Numbered from the stretch's first letter, positions 40,720 to 51,552 are shown. The stretch: DNA of 64,000 nucleotides from Vicinamibacterales bacterium (GCA_963790545.1 CAWBPA010000024.1:94014-158013), one strand, 5' to 3'. Made by a program: numbers and translations. The notes: generated by a model from the letters alone, not told the origin.

Positions 40720-42909
40720 TCAGCGCGCGGGGGTCGGGGCGGGTGGGCGGCCTTTGTCCGGACAGTCGCCGCCGCTCTTCGTGCGCGTTCGAGTGATCTG
40801 CTGACCGTCGACGAGGATACGATCGACCGCCTTGTAGAACGTCAGCATCCGGCCTGTAGTCTCGCGGCACTCTTCGACAATCCGAACCGGAATGCCTGTC
40901 ATGTCGTATTGCTCGCCGGCGGCCAGATACGAGAGTCGGTCGCCGGTGGCCGTGCGGCCCGACTCCCGCAGGGTGACCGCTTCGTATCCTTCGACGCGCT
41001 CGAGCTCGTTGTCATCCTGGCCCAGATACAACTCGATCTTCCGCGCCACGAGATCGCCTTGAGGGCCGTTGAGGCGTGCGTCGGTGGTATAGGTCGCGCG
41101 ACGAGCCTGATCATCGTAGTCGAGCACGCGCGAGGTGGCGATCGTGGGAACCTTCTTGGCTTCTTTCGTCTTCGCGTCGGTCTGCTGCACCATGAGCGTC
41201 GAGCGCACCGACCCCTCTGCTTTGAGATTGCCAGACCGGCTGTCGACCGTGATCGTATCTCCCAACACGACCGACTCATCCTGCCAGAGCCGACCGTTGC
41301 CGGTATACACCGCGCGTGAAACGGACCCGTCATAGTCCAGGGCGTCGGCCGTGACGTTGACCGGCTGATCGTCCGCCAGAAAGCCCGGGACCTTGACTTC
41401 ATCCGCCGGTGCCGCACCTCGGGCCTGGGGTGAGGGTTTCTGGCCACGCGCTGACGCGCCGCGGCCCCCTTTTTCTTTTTCCGGCCGAAGCTCGCTCCGG
41501 ACGTTTTCCTTCGCCACGATCTTCGGACCCTCGACGGTGAGGACGATACGACGTGCGTCCACCCGCATACGCGCGTCCGTCACGCTCGGCGGCACGTTCG
41601 AATCACCAGCCAGGTCCATGACGCCCCGGTCGACGCGATAGGCGGCCGTGGCAGCCGTTGCGCGCAGTTCTCCCTCCTCGAGCCGAACATTTCCGGTAAA
41701 ACGCGCATCGGTAATGCCAGCCATACCCGACGTGAATTTCAAATCAAGCGCCCGGGCCCGGACGATGCGAGGCACGGGCGGGGTTCCTACGAGCTCCCGA
41801 TATTCAACGTTGTCCGTGAGCCGCGCACTGCTGAGCGTCCCGTCATTTCCGGCGGCACCGTCCAGCTGCGCTGCCGTGACTGTACGAGGTGGCGTCGTCG
41901 CTTCGGCCGGGAAGTCGAGGCGCACGCCCTGACGACCGGTCAGCGAGGTCACGGTCGTGCCGTCGGCACTGAGGCCCACGTCGAGCACTTCTCCGGCAAC
42001 ACGCCGTCCGGGTTTCTGGGCTTCGCCGGCAATCTCGATCGAGCCGTCGCCCACGAGCAGCGCATGCTCGATGCGCTCACCATCCTCGCCATACTTCACA
42101 TTGATATCGCGCGCTCGCATCGAACGAAGCGAGCCGGCGGCAGCGGGATCGGTTTCAATAGACGACTGCCCGCGCAGTTCGAGCGCCGTCAGGTGCGACT
42201 CGTCTTCGGTCAGATAGCCGACCGTCGTGTCGGCCTGGATTCGGCGAGTGTCGCGCTGGATGCGCACGTCCTGTTCGAGCCGCAGATAGTTCTCTTTCCG
42301 AGCCAGTCCCGCCTTGCCGGCGGTGGCTTGGAGCTGCCCGGTGCCTTTCTCGTCGGGCGCAAGCGCGATCTCCGCCTGGTTCAGGATCCACAGCACGTCT
42401 CTGTTTCGGTCGTACGTCATCCCCACCCCACGACCTGTGAGGCGCGCGCGCGAAAAGGTGACAGGCCCCGGCGCCCGCACGATGCCCTCTCCACTTGCGT
42501 ATGACGCTTCCGACGTCTCGAGGGTCAAGCCATCGCTCGCCACGAGCTTCACTCGACCTTTCAGGAAGACGAAGTCCTGGTTCGGGCCCGCTTCCCCTTC
42601 GTCGCCGGTCGCCACGAATTTCCGCTGCCCTTCACGGTCGTCGACGTGAACCGTGACCCCTTGCAGCTTCAGACGGCCGTCAGGATAGCTGAGCTGGCGC
42701 TCGGACTTGACGGTGAAGTTCTCGTTCGCGCCGCTGAATCGGCTGGAGGTCGCGCCGGTAATCTCCACGTCAGCGCGTGGGTCACTCGGCGCCAAGGGAG
42801 TCGTGTCGGTCGGGCGCTCCCGCTGCCGGATGGCAAAAAACACACCCACCGCAAAGGTGAGCCCGACGAGAGCCACGATCCAGCGTGCCCGCTCGGCCCA
42901 ATGCGCCAT
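40720..42909 (-). CDS. large LptC/LptA-like protein: N-terminal membrane anchor plus several OstA/LptA-type beta-jellyroll repeats (apparent LptC-LptA fusion)
   Basis: TM anchor WIVALVGLTFAVGVFFAI; repeated LptA-like segments (..A...Y......L.G.V..........G......). Occupies the lptC-lptA position immediately upstream of lptB. Confidence 0.65.
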   Translation of the reverse strand: MAHWAERARWIVALVGLTFAVGVFFAIRQRERPTDTTPLAPSDPRADVEITGATSSRFSGANENFTVKSERQLSYPDGRLKLQGVTVHVDDREGQRKFVATGDEGEAGPNQDFVFLKGRVKLVASDGLTLETSEASYASGEGIVRAPGPVTFSRARLTGRGVGMTYDRNRDVLWILNQAEIALAPDEKGTGQLQATAGKAGLARKENYLRLEQDVRIQRDTRRIQADTTVGYLTEDESHLTALELRGQSSIETDPAAAGSLRSMRARDINVKYGEDGERIEHALLVGDGSIEIAGEAQKPGRRVAGEVLDVGLSADGTTVTSLTGRQGVRLDFPAEATTPPRTVTAAQLDGAAGNDGTLSSARLTDNVEYRELVGTPPVPRIVRARALDLKFTSGMAGITDARFTGNVRLEEGELRATAATAAYRVDRGVMDLAGDSNVPPSVTDARMRVDARRIVLTVEGPKIVAKENVRSELRPEKEKGGRGASARGQKPSPQARGAAPADEVKVPGFLADDQPVNVTADALDYDGSVSRAVYTGNGRLWQDESVVLGDTITVDSRSGNLKAEGSVRSTLMVQQTDAKTKEAKKVPTIATSRVLDYDDQARRATYTTDARLNGPQGDLVARKIELYLGQDDNELERVEGYEAVTLRESGRTATGDRLSYLAAGEQYDMTGIPVRIVEECRETTGRMLTFYKAVDRILVDGQQITRTRTKSGGDCPDKGRPPAPTPAR

Positions 42910-43071
42910 TGGTCTGATTATGGTGCGATTTGCGACTCCAGGGCGGTGAATTTCAACGCAGAGAGCGCCGAGGTCGCGGAGTTCGCAGAGAATTCATCAT
43001 TACAATCTCTGCGTCCTCCGCGGATTCTGCGAACCCTGCGTGGAGTCGTGGAGTGTGAAAAATCGGGTAGT

Positions 43072-44808
43072 TCAATCGAGAGGGGTCCGCGCATCGGCGA
43101 CCGTCAACTCCAGGTAGGTGTCGCCGTTGTACATGCTTTGATCGAGCGAGAACGCAAAGTCGAGACGCGCGCGATGCTCCTGGAGGAACGCCTGACGTTC
43201 GATGGCGCGCCAGGCCACGGCTCTGAACGTGCGCCCGTCCTGCCGCAGCGTCATCTTCAGGTGCCGTTCCTTGAGTGCACGTGGACCGTCGATGATTTCC
43301 ACACCCGCGGCGGCAAAGAGCGGTCGCGGGTTGCCGGCGCCGAACGGCGCAAGCTCGGTCACCTGGTATGCCAGATCGCCGTTCAACCCCCGGAACGACA
43401 CCGCAGCATCAATTCGAAGGCGCGGCCGCAAGTCGTCGGGCCCCAGCCGCGTGTCTGCGTGCCGGTTGATGGCCGCACGCAGCTCTTTCACCCTCCCCGC
43501 CTCCATCGTCAGCCCGGCTGCCTGCTGATGCCCGCCGAATCGCATGAACAACGGCGCGCAGCTCTCGAGCGCCTCGAGCATGTCGAAGCCCGGGATGCTC
43601 CGGCACGACCCGTGTGCGATTCCATCGCCCAGCGACAAGACCACCGCCGGTCGGTGAAAGGCTTCGACGAGCTTTGACGCCACGATGCCAATGACGCCGC
43701 GATGCCAGTCGTCACCCGCCACGACCAGCACCGTTTGCGCGCCCACGTCGGGGTCGGTTTCAACGATTCGGCGCGCGGCCGCCGCAATGGCCGCCTCTTC
43801 CTGTTGGCGGCGGGTGTTTTCGGCATCCAGCTGTTCGGCCAGCGCCTTCACCTCGGTGGCCATCGCGGCATCGGACGCGAGCAGGAGCCGCGCGGCAATA
43901 TCGGGCGTGCTCATCCTGCCCGCCGCATTCACACGTGGCGCAATCGCAAACGCCACGTGTGAGCTCTCAATCGTCCTCCCCTCGAGACCCGCCACATCGA
44001 GCAACGCGCGCAGTCCAACCTTGTGCGGGCCTTTCGAGAGCATCTCGAGTCCGAGCTTTGCAATCACACGATTCTCGCCTACGAGCGGAACGATGTCGGC
44101 AAGGGTCCCGATGGCGGCCACCTTGACGAATGCCGGCATCCACTTCTCACGATCGCACCGTGCGCAGAGCGCCTGAACGAACTTCAGCGCGACGCCAACA
44201 CCAGCCAGATGTTTGTCGGGATATCGACAATCGTGTCGCTTCGGATTGATGACGGCCAGCGCCGGCGGCAGCTCCGCACCAGGCTCGTGATGGTCGGTGA
44301 TGATGAGGTCCAGGCCCAGGTCACGTGCCCGACGGGCCGCGTCGATGCCTCTGATTCCACAGTCCACGGAGATCACGAGGCGCGCGCCCTCCGCATGGAG
44401 CCGCTCAATGGTCTCGGGCTGGAGCCCGTAGCCATCGCGCAGGCGTTCGGGAATGAAATGGACGACATCGGCACCTAGCAACTCGAGCGCGCGCCGCAGG
44501 ATGACGGTGGACGTGATGCCATCCACGTCGTAGTCGCCGTGAATAGCAATCCTCTCGCGACGGGCTATTGCGGCCAGCGTGCGCTCGACAGCCGGCAGCA
44601 TGTCGGCGAGCATCATCGGATCGTGCAGGTGGGAAAGCGACGGTTTCAGGAATCGCGCCGCCGCGTCGGGATCGTGGTGACCTCGTAAACACAGCACGCG
44701 CGCGACAATCGGATTGACCTTCAGCGCCAACGCCAGGGCTTTGACCGCCTCTTCGTCGCAGGACCGGTGGTCCCACACGTAAGGAACCATCAATCGACAC
44801 TCCGGCAC
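43072..44808 (-). CDS. recJ: single-stranded-DNA-specific exonuclease RecJ
   Basis: DHH motifs (IHGDYDVDGITS, ITDHH) and DHHA1 domain (GGHQQAAG). Confidence 0.9.
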   Translation of the reverse strand: MPECRLMVPYVWDHRSCDEEAVKALALALKVNPIVARVLCLRGHHDPDAAARFLKPSLSHLHDPMMLADMLPAVERTLAAIARRERIAIHGDYDVDGITSTVILRRALELLGADVVHFIPERLRDGYGLQPETIERLHAEGARLVISVDCGIRGIDAARRARDLGLDLIITDHHEPGAELPPALAVINPKRHDCRYPDKHLAGVGVALKFVQALCARCDREKWMPAFVKVAAIGTLADIVPLVGENRVIAKLGLEMLSKGPHKVGLRALLDVAGLEGRTIESSHVAFAIAPRVNAAGRMSTPDIAARLLLASDAAMATEVKALAEQLDAENTRRQQEEAAIAAAARRIVETDPDVGAQTVLVVAGDDWHRGVIGIVASKLVEAFHRPAVVLSLGDGIAHGSCRSIPGFDMLEALESCAPLFMRFGGHQQAAGLTMEAGRVKELRAAINRHADTRLGPDDLRPRLRIDAAVSFRGLNGDLAYQVTELAPFGAGNPRPLFAAAGVEIIDGPRALKERHLKMTLRQDGRTFRAVAWRAIERQAFLQEHRARLDFAFSLDQSMYNGDTYLELTVADARTPLD

Positions 44809-44865
44809 ATTTTTTGCTGCAATCTTCTCCTCGCAGAGGTCGCGGAGCGCGCGGTGGACGCAGAG

Positions 44866-45261
44866 AACGTTCCTCTTAACAGAGACGTTGCCAACGAAAT
44901 CACAGGCACAATCCTGGAATGTTCCCTACGCATTCATTCAAAACTTGGACCGGGTTTACTGGAAAGCGTCTACCAAGCCTGTCTCGAACACGAGCTCACC
45001 AGAGCGGGCTTGAGCGTCCGGGCTCAACTCCTGCTTCCCGTTGTTTACGACGGTCTTCAAATCAACGCCGGCTATCGAATCGACCTGTTGGTTGCAGATA
45101 TTGTGATCGTGGAGGTCAAGTCTGTTGAGCAGATTCTGCCTGTTCACTTTGCGCAGCTCCTCACCTATTTGCGGCTGGCCAATAAGCGAGTGGGACTTCT
45201 CATCAACTTCAACGTGGCTCATTTGCGGCAAGGTGTGAAACGGATCGTCAACGGATTTTGA
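44866..45261 (+). CDS. GxxExxY-family protein (PD-(D/E)XK-like)
   Basis: ...GPGLLESVYQACLEHEL..G......LP..Y.G......YRIDLLV.D.VIVEVKSV...L..HFAQLLTYLR.....GLLINF. GTG start chosen at 44866 to avoid overlap with the recJ start; the caller starts at 44767. Confidence 0.7.
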   Translation, partial: NVPLNRDVANEITGTILECSLRIHSKLGPGLLESVYQACLEHELTRAGLSVRAQLLLPVVYDGLQINAGYRIDLLVADIVIVEVKSVEQILPVHFAQLLTYLRLANKRVGLLINFNVAHLRQGVKRIVNGF

Positions 45262-45340
45262 AACGCAGAGGACGCAGAGGACGCTCCTGTCCGCGGCCTC
45301 TGCGGTTGCTCTGCGGCCACCGCGAGGAGCCTTGTCGATT
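45262..45340. repeat. direct and inverted 8-9 nt repeats (CGCAGAGGA x2 / CCTCTGCGG, CTCTGCGG) forming a hairpin between convergent genes
   Basis: acgcagagga cgcagagga cgctcctgtccgcgg cctctgcgg ttg ctctgcgg. Confidence 0.7.
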
Positions 45341-45345
45341 AGACG

Positions 45346-46335
45346 CTACGGGCCACCTATGGCCCCCTCACCCTCGTCCCGGAAATCAATCCCCAACCTT
45401 CCCATGTTGCGAAACTTCTGGTACCGGTTCTCGACGCGCGCGGCGGCATCGGCACCACGTAATTCAGCGAGCGTCCGGTTCAGCGCCTCGTCGAGCAGCG
45501 CCGTGGTACGATCTGCATCGGTGTGGGCACCGCCAATGGGCTCGGACACGATTTCGTCGATGATGCCCCGCTCGAGCAGGTCGGGCGCCGTCAACTTGAG
45601 CGCCTCCGCCGCTTCGACTTTCCGATTCGCATCGCGCCACAGGATGGCGGCACACCCTTCCGGCGGAATCACGCTGTAGATCGCGTGCTCGAGCATGAGA
45701 ATCCGATCGCCAATGGCAATACCAAGGGCCCCACCGCTCCCCCCTTCGCCCGTCACGATGACCACAACCGGCACGTCGAGCGTCATCATTTCGCGCAGGT
45801 TGAACGCGATCGCTTCGGCAATCCCCCGCTCCTCGGACTCGACACCCGGATAAGCGGCCGGCGTATCGATGAACACGACAATCGAACGTCCGAACTTCTC
45901 GGCCAGCCGCATCAGCCGGATCGCCTTGCGATAGCCCTCGGGCTTCGCGTATCCGAAGTTTCGATAGATCTTCTGTTTTGTGTCGCTGCCCTTCTGGTGA
46001 CCGACGACCATGACAGGGTCACCGCGGTAAAACGCGAATCCTCCCACGATGGCGCGATCGTCGGCAAAGCGGCGGTCACCGTGCAGCTCTGTGAACTCGG
46101 GAAACAGGCGCTCGATGAAATCGAGCATGTTCGGCCGATTCGGATGCCGGGCCACGAGCACCCGCTGCCAGGGGGTCAACCGGCTGTAAAGCTCCGCTCG
46201 TGCGGTCTCAAGACGTTTGCGCAGTCGCTCCAGCTCGTCGTCGCGAGCCGGTGTTTTCGGCAGGGCCGAGAGTGCGTCCAGCTCCTTGAGCAGGGGAGCA
46301 ATCGGTTCCTCGAAGTCGAGGAGTTCAGCGGGCAT
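45346..46335 (-). CDS. accA: acetyl-CoA carboxylase carboxyltransferase alpha subunit
   Basis: Full-length AccA similarity (ARHPNRP, GGFAFYRGDPVMVVGHQKG, oxyanion GGSGGALG). Confidence 0.9.
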   Translation of the reverse strand: MPAELLDFEEPIAPLLKELDALSALPKTPARDDELERLRKRLETARAELYSRLTPWQRVLVARHPNRPNMLDFIERLFPEFTELHGDRRFADDRAIVGGFAFYRGDPVMVVGHQKGSDTKQKIYRNFGYAKPEGYRKAIRLMRLAEKFGRSIVVFIDTPAAYPGVESEERGIAEAIAFNLREMMTLDVPVVVIVTGEGGSGGALGIAIGDRILMLEHAIYSVIPPEGCAAILWRDANRKVEAAEALKLTAPDLLERGIIDEIVSEPIGGAHTDADRTTALLDEALNRTLAELRGADAAARVENRYQKFRNMGRLGIDFRDEGEGAIGGP

Positions 46336-49300
46336 CAGCGCAGGACCACCGATCCCTGGCCACAGATCTTTTCAACTTCGCTGAGGAGCTGCTCGGTCGG
46401 CCGGATCCGAACCTGGCTCGCCAGATCGGCTCGTACGCGCAGCGGTCGGGAGTGACCGCGCAGCTCGAGCTCGAGCGAAACCCGGCGATCCCCGCGATGT
46501 GTGGCAAACAGCCCCGCAAGCGCCTCGAACGTGTCGCGCCCATGGGGAGGGACCGCCACACGAATTGCCACCTCGTGTGAAAGCCGTTCCCCAATCGCCT
46601 CGATCGGAATCACCTCCGACGAGAGCAACCGCATGAGCTCCTCGTCGCGTTCGAGCTTGCCCCGAACGACAATCGTCGCATCGTTCTGCAGGAGCGAGCC
46701 CGACTTGGAGAAGGCTTCTGGAAACACGACGACCTCGACGCTGCCATGCGGGTCTTCGAGGTTGAAGACCGCCATGCGATCGCCTTTGCGCGTCTTGAGC
46801 TGCCGGACTCCGCTCACGATGCCCCCCACGCAGACGTCCGCCTCACCCGTGCGCCCGGAGCCGTTGCCGTTGCGGGGGGCCGCCTCGACAGTCGCAAGAT
46901 CGGCCAGCGTCTTCGCCCCATACTGTTTGAGATCGGCGGCATAGCGATCGATCGGGTGTCCGCTCCAATAGAGTCCCAGGGCGTCTTTCTCTCCGGCCAA
47001 CTGTTGCGCGTCGGTCCACGGCTGGACATCGATGTGGGAAAGCGTGTCGGGCACGTCGCGGTCCGCTTCACCGTTTTCGCCACCCTGTTCGAACAGGCCC
47101 CCCTGGCCGCGATCGCGATCGCGTTGCAGCCGGGCGCCATGTTCACAGGCGACATCCACGGCCGCGAGCAGCTTCGCCCGAACCAAGCCGCGGGGTGAGG
47201 CAACACCATTGGATGGGACGAGGGCGTCGAACGACCCAGCCTTCACCAGACTCTCAAAGACACGCTTGTTGACGGCGCGCAGATCGAGGTCCTCACACAA
47301 CCGGTACAGCGACCGGATGCGTCCGCGCGACCGCCTGACATCGAGTATGGCGGCCACGGCTCCTTCGCCCACGTTCCGGACGGCGGCAAGACCGTAGCGC
47401 ACACCTTCTGCCGCAACCGTAAACGCCCACTGACTTTCGTTGATATCCGGCGGCAGCACCGGGATCCCCCGTTCGCGGCACTCTCCCAGGTACAACGCCA
47501 GTTTTTCGGTGTTCTGTGACTCGATGGTGAGGAGCGCCGCCGCAAAATGCCAGGGGTAGTTGGCCTTCAGGAAGGCTGTCTGATAGGCGAGCACGGCGTA
47601 CGCCGTCGAATGCGACTTGTTGAATCCATATCCAGCGAAATGCTCCATCAAATCGAAGATCTTGGTGGCCTTCTTCTCGGAGATGCCCCTCTTGCGTGCG
47701 CCGGCGACGAACTTCTGGCGCTGGGCCTGCATCACGTCGGCCTTCTTCTTCCCCATCGCCTTCCGCAAGATGTCGGCTTCGCCCAGCGAGAAACCCGCCA
47801 GCTCGCTCGCAATCCGCATCACCTGCTCTTGGTACGCGATGACGCCGTACGTATCCGCCAGTACCGGCTCGAGCTGGGGAACCTCGTAATTGATCGCGAC
47901 CTTTCCATGCTTGCGCGCGATGAAGTCGTCCACCATGCCGCTGCGCAACGGCCCGGGTCGATAGAGGGCGTTGAGTGCAATGAGATCGTCCAGACGCTGC
48001 GGCTTGGCCTTGCGCAAGATGTCGCGCATCCCCGAGCTCTCGAACTGGAAGATGCCGTAGGTCTGGCCATCGGAGAAAATCTGATAGGTACGGCTGTCGT
48101 CGAGCGGGATAGCATCGAGGTCCAGCACCTGGCCGGTCGTTCGCCGGATTTCGTCCACCGCATCGCGCAGCAGCGTCAGCGTGCTCAGGCCGAGGAAATC
48201 CATCTTCAGCAGCCCGACGCGCTCAATCTCTTTCATCGCCCACTGCGTCGTGATTTCACCCCGCTGCCCTTTGTAGAGGGGCACGAACTCCGTCAGCGGC
48301 CGCGGCGCAATGACCACCCCTGCCGCATGCACCGACGCGTGGCGCGTCATACCCTCTAACCGTCGGGCCACGTCGAGCAACTCCTGCACCCGCTGATCGT
48401 TCTGCTGGAGCTCTTTGAGGGCTGGTGACTCTTCGAGCGCCTTGTCCAACGTCATATCGAGCGTGGCCGGAATCTGCTTGGCGACCTTGTCGACGTCGGC
48501 ATACGCAATGTCCAGTGCGCGGCCCACGTCCCGCACGGCCGCCTTGGCCTTCATGGTCCCGAACGTAATGATTTGGGCCACGTTCTCGCGGCCATACTTC
48601 CGCGTGACGTACTCGATGACCTCTCCTCGACGCCGCTCGCAGAAATCGATGTCGATGTCGGGCAGCGACACCCGCTCCGGATTCAGGAAGCGCTCGAAAA
48701 TCAAGTCGTACTCGAGCGGGTCCACGTCTGTGATGCGCAGACAGTAGGCCACCAGACTCCCAGCCGCCGACCCACGCCCCGGTCCGACCGGAATCCCCTG
48801 CTCGCGCGCGTACCGGATGAAATCCCACACGATCAGGAAGTACCCGGGATACCGCATCCGCCGGATCATTTCGATTTCGTACGACAGCCGCCGCTCGTAC
48901 TCCTCTACGGTGTGCCGCAGGACACCTGCCGACGCCAGCGCCTTCAGCCGCTGCAGTCGCGCCAGAAAGCCTTCGCGGACGACGTGCTCGAAGTACTCGT
49001 CGAGCGTGTACGGAACCGGAACTTCGAAATTCGGCAGGTAGTTTTCTGTGGAGTCCAGGTTGACGCGGCACCGTTCCGCAATGCGCATCGTATTGGCGAG
49101 CGCATCGGGGACATCCTTGAAGATTGACGCCATTTCGTCAGGCGTCTTGAAGAAAAACTGATCCCCGTGATAGCGAAGACGATCGCGGTCGTTGACAGTC
49201 TTGCCCGTTCCAATGCACAACAGGATGTCGTGCGGGCGATGATCGTCCTGCCGCAGATAGTGGACGTCGTTGGTGGCCACGAGCGGCAACCCCAACTCCC

Positions 49301-49883
49301 GGGCAATCGGCAGCAGCCCGTTGTTCACCACCAGCTGCTCCTCGATACCCTGGTACTGCATTTCGAGGAACAGGTTCTCAGCACCGAGGATGTCGCGGAA
49401 GGTCGCGGCGGCCTCGAGCGCCTTCCGTTCGCGCCCGGTTCGGATTTCGCTCGCGACCTCACCCTTCAGACAGCTCGTGAGCCCAATCAGTCCCGTGGCG
49501 TGCTGTGCCAACAACTCCTTGTCGATCCGCGGCCGATAGTAAAACCCCTCAGTATAACCAGCCGAGACGAGCTTGATCAGGTTGTGGTAGCCCTCGCTCG
49601 TCTCCGCGAGCAGCACGAGATGGTTGGCAGTCTCGCTAATCGGCCCGCCCTTCGTGTGGCGGCTTCCCGGCGCGACGTACACTTCACAGCCGAGAATCGG
49701 ATTGATTCCCCGCGCCCGCGCATGATCGTGGAAGATCACCGACGAGAACATGTTGCCGTGCTCGGTGACCGCCAACGCCGGCATGTTCAGCGCCGCCGCG
49801 TGGTCGAGCAGCTCATCAATCCGGCAAGCGCCATCCAGCAGCGAGTACTCGGTATGAAGATGGAGATGAACGAAATCGGACAT
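46335..49883 (-). CDS. dnaE: DNA polymerase III alpha subunit
   Basis: PHP domain LHLHTEYSLLDGA, polymerase core, OB-fold; single uninterrupted 1182-aa frame. Confidence 0.92.
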   Translation of the reverse strand: MSDFVHLHLHTEYSLLDGACRIDELLDHAAALNMPALAVTEHGNMFSSVIFHDHARARGINPILGCEVYVAPGSRHTKGGPISETANHLVLLAETSEGYHNLIKLVSAGYTEGFYYRPRIDKELLAQHATGLIGLTSCLKGEVASEIRTGRERKALEAAATFRDILGAENLFLEMQYQGIEEQLVVNNGLLPIARELGLPLVATNDVHYLRQDDHRPHDILLCIGTGKTVNDRDRLRYHGDQFFFKTPDEMASIFKDVPDALANTMRIAERCRVNLDSTENYLPNFEVPVPYTLDEYFEHVVREGFLARLQRLKALASAGVLRHTVEEYERRLSYEIEMIRRMRYPGYFLIVWDFIRYAREQGIPVGPGRGSAAGSLVAYCLRITDVDPLEYDLIFERFLNPERVSLPDIDIDFCERRRGEVIEYVTRKYGRENVAQIITFGTMKAKAAVRDVGRALDIAYADVDKVAKQIPATLDMTLDKALEESPALKELQQNDQRVQELLDVARRLEGMTRHASVHAAGVVIAPRPLTEFVPLYKGQRGEITTQWAMKEIERVGLLKMDFLGLSTLTLLRDAVDEIRRTTGQVLDLDAIPLDDSRTYQIFSDGQTYGIFQFESSGMRDILRKAKPQRLDDLIALNALYRPGPLRSGMVDDFIARKHGKVAINYEVPQLEPVLADTYGVIAYQEQVMRIASELAGFSLGEADILRKAMGKKKADVMQAQRQKFVAGARKRGISEKKATKIFDLMEHFAGYGFNKSHSTAYAVLAYQTAFLKANYPWHFAAALLTIESQNTEKLALYLGECRERGIPVLPPDINESQWAFTVAAEGVRYGLAAVRNVGEGAVAAILDVRRSRGRIRSLYRLCEDLDLRAVNKRVFESLVKAGSFDALVPSNGVASPRGLVRAKLLAAVDVACEHGARLQRDRDRGQGGLFEQGGENGEADRDVPDTLSHIDVQPWTDAQQLAGEKDALGLYWSGHPIDRYAADLKQYGAKTLADLATVEAAPRNGNGSGRTGEADVCVGGIVSGVRQLKTRKGDRMAVFNLEDPHGSVEVVVFPEAFSKSGSLLQNDATIVVRGKLERDEELMRLLSSEVIPIEAIGERLSHEVAIRVAVPPHGRDTFEALAGLFATHRGDRRVSLELELRGHSRPLRVRADLASQVRIRPTEQLLSEVEKICGQGSVVLR

Positions 49884-49885
49884 AT

Positions 49886-49966
49886 CAAAGACTCAAGTCT
49901 GAAGTCATGAAGGCTGAAGTCTGAAGAAATTCTGACTTCAGACTTCAGCTTCTGACTTCTGACTTG
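49886..49966. repeat. palindrome built from tandem heptamers (GTCTGAA x ~5, loop, GACTTCA x ~4) between the guaA stop and the dnaE start
   Basis: ...gtctgaa gtcatgaa ggctgaa gtctgaa gaaattc tgacttca gacttca gcttctgacttctgacttg; 13-bp perfect core stem ctgaagtctgaag/cttcagacttcag. Confidence 0.8.
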
Positions 49967-49968
49967 TC

Positions 49969-51552
49969 CTATTCCCACTCAATCGTCGCCGGCGGCTTCG
50001 AGCTGATGTCGTACACCACACGGTTGACACCGCGCACCTCATTGACCACGCGCGATGAAATGCGGGCGAGCAGCTCGTGCGGCAGCCTCGCCCAATCGGC
50101 CGTCATGCCGTCGCGGCTTTCCACGGCCCGGATTGCGGCCGTGTACTCGTAGGTCCGCGCGTCTCCCATGACGCCAACACTCTGGATTGGCAGGAGCACG
50201 GCAAAGCTCTGCCAGAGCCGCGTGTACCACCCGGCGGCACGAATCTCTTCCACGACAATCGCATCGACCTCTCGAAGAAGCGCCAACCGTTCTTCCGTGA
50301 CCTCACCGAGAATACGGACGGCCAGACCCGGCCCGGGGAACGGCTGCCGGACGACAAACGTCTCCTCCAGGCCGAGATCGCGACCGACCGAACGCACCTC
50401 ATCCTTGAAAAGCTCTCGCAGCGGCTCGACCAGCCGAAAACGCATCCGCTCAGGCAGACCGCCAACATTGTGATGGCTCTTGATGGCGTGTGACGGGCCC
50501 ACCACCGAGACCGATTCGATCACATCAGGGTAAAGCGTGCCCTGCGCGAGGAACTCGAATCCTCCAAGTTCTTCCGCCTTGGCCTCGAACACTTCGATGA
50601 ACGTCGCGCCAATGATTTTTCGCTTCTGCTCCGGGTCGGTGACGCCGCGCAGCCGATCGAGAAACAGCCGTGAGGCGTCCACGAAGACGAGCGGCAGTCG
50701 CATTTTCTCGGCAAACCGCTGACGTACCTGCCGCGCTTCGTCCCGCCGCAACACGCCGTTGTCCACGAAAATGCAGGTCAATCGCTCCCCGATGGCTCGA
50801 TGCACGAGCAACGCGGCCACGGTGGAATCGACGCCACCGCTGAGAGCACACACGACACGGCCATCCCCCACCTGTTGCCGGATTCGACCGATGGCTTCAT
50901 CGATGAAAGAGGTGATCGTCCAGTCACCGGTGCAGTGACAGACGTTGAATGCGAAGTTCCTGAGAATCTCGTCACCGCGATCGGTATGCGCGACCTCGGG
51001 ATGGAACAACAAGGCGTACAGATTCCGATCCGCATTCGTCATGGCCGCAACCGGGGCGTTTGCGCTCGTGGCAACCACCGCAAACCCCGGAGGGGCCGCC
51101 GCCACGAAATCCCCATGACTCGCCCAGACTCTCAGTTCCTGCGGCAAACCGTCAAACAAAGACATCGGCCGGCCAGGATCCAGCGCTGCCCACTCGACCG
51201 GCAGCATTCGTCGGCGGTCGAAGATCTCACCTGCACCAGGGCGTGTCCGTACTCGCGCTGGGGCGCGTGACCGACCTTCCCGCCTAGCGTCTCGGTCATC
51301 AATTGCATGCCGTAACAGATGCCAAGCGTCGGGATGCCGAGCTCGAACACTCCCGGATCGCACTTTGGCGCGCCGGGCTCGGATACGCTTCGCGGACCGC
51401 CGGAGAGGATGATGCCAACCGGTTGTCTTGCGGCAATTCGTTCGGGCGGCGTGTCGAACGGAAGGATTTCGGAATAGACGGAAAGCTCGCGCAGGCGTCG
51501 CGCAATCAACTGCGTGTATTGCGATCCAAAATCCAGGACGAGAATGGTTTGA
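49969..51552 (-). CDS. guaA: GMP synthase (glutamine-hydrolysing), one frameshift near 51240
   Basis: GATase domain ([24 protein letters not shown]) in one frame. The ATP-pyrophosphatase and dimerisation domains (SGGVDSTV...ATIEWE) are in the 624-aa ORF frame. TTG start proposed at ~51552. Confidence 0.8.
   Translation of the reverse strand, partial: SNHSRPGFWIAIHAVDCATPARAFRLFRNPSVRHAARTNCRKTTGWHHPLRRSAKRIRARRAKVRSGSVRARHPDAWHLLRHAIDDRDARREGRSRAPARVRTRPGAGEIFDRRRMLPVEWAALDPGRPMSLFDGLPQELRVWASHGDFVAAAPPGFAVVATSANAPVAAMTNADRNLYALLFHPEVAHTDRGDEILRNFAFNVCHCTGDWTITSFIDEAIGRIRQQVGDGRVVCALSGGVDSTVAALLVHRAIGERLTCIFVDNGVLRRDEARQVRQRFAEKMRLPLVFVDASRLFLDRLRGVTDPEQKRKIIGATFIEVFEAKAEELGGFEFLAQGTLYPDVIESVSVVGPSHAIKSHHNVGGLPERMRFRLVEPLRELFKDEVRSVGRDLGLEETFVVRQPFPGPGLAVRILGEVTEERLALLREVDAIVVEEIRAAGWYTRLWQSFAVLLPIQSVGVMGDARTYEYTAAIRAVESRDGMTADWARLPHELLARISSRVVNEVRGVNRVVYDISSKPPATIEWE

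Noticed and set aside
42646-43677. 343-aa plus-strand ORF
   Set aside because: Antisense to the lptC/lptA-like gene and recJ; no recognisable domains
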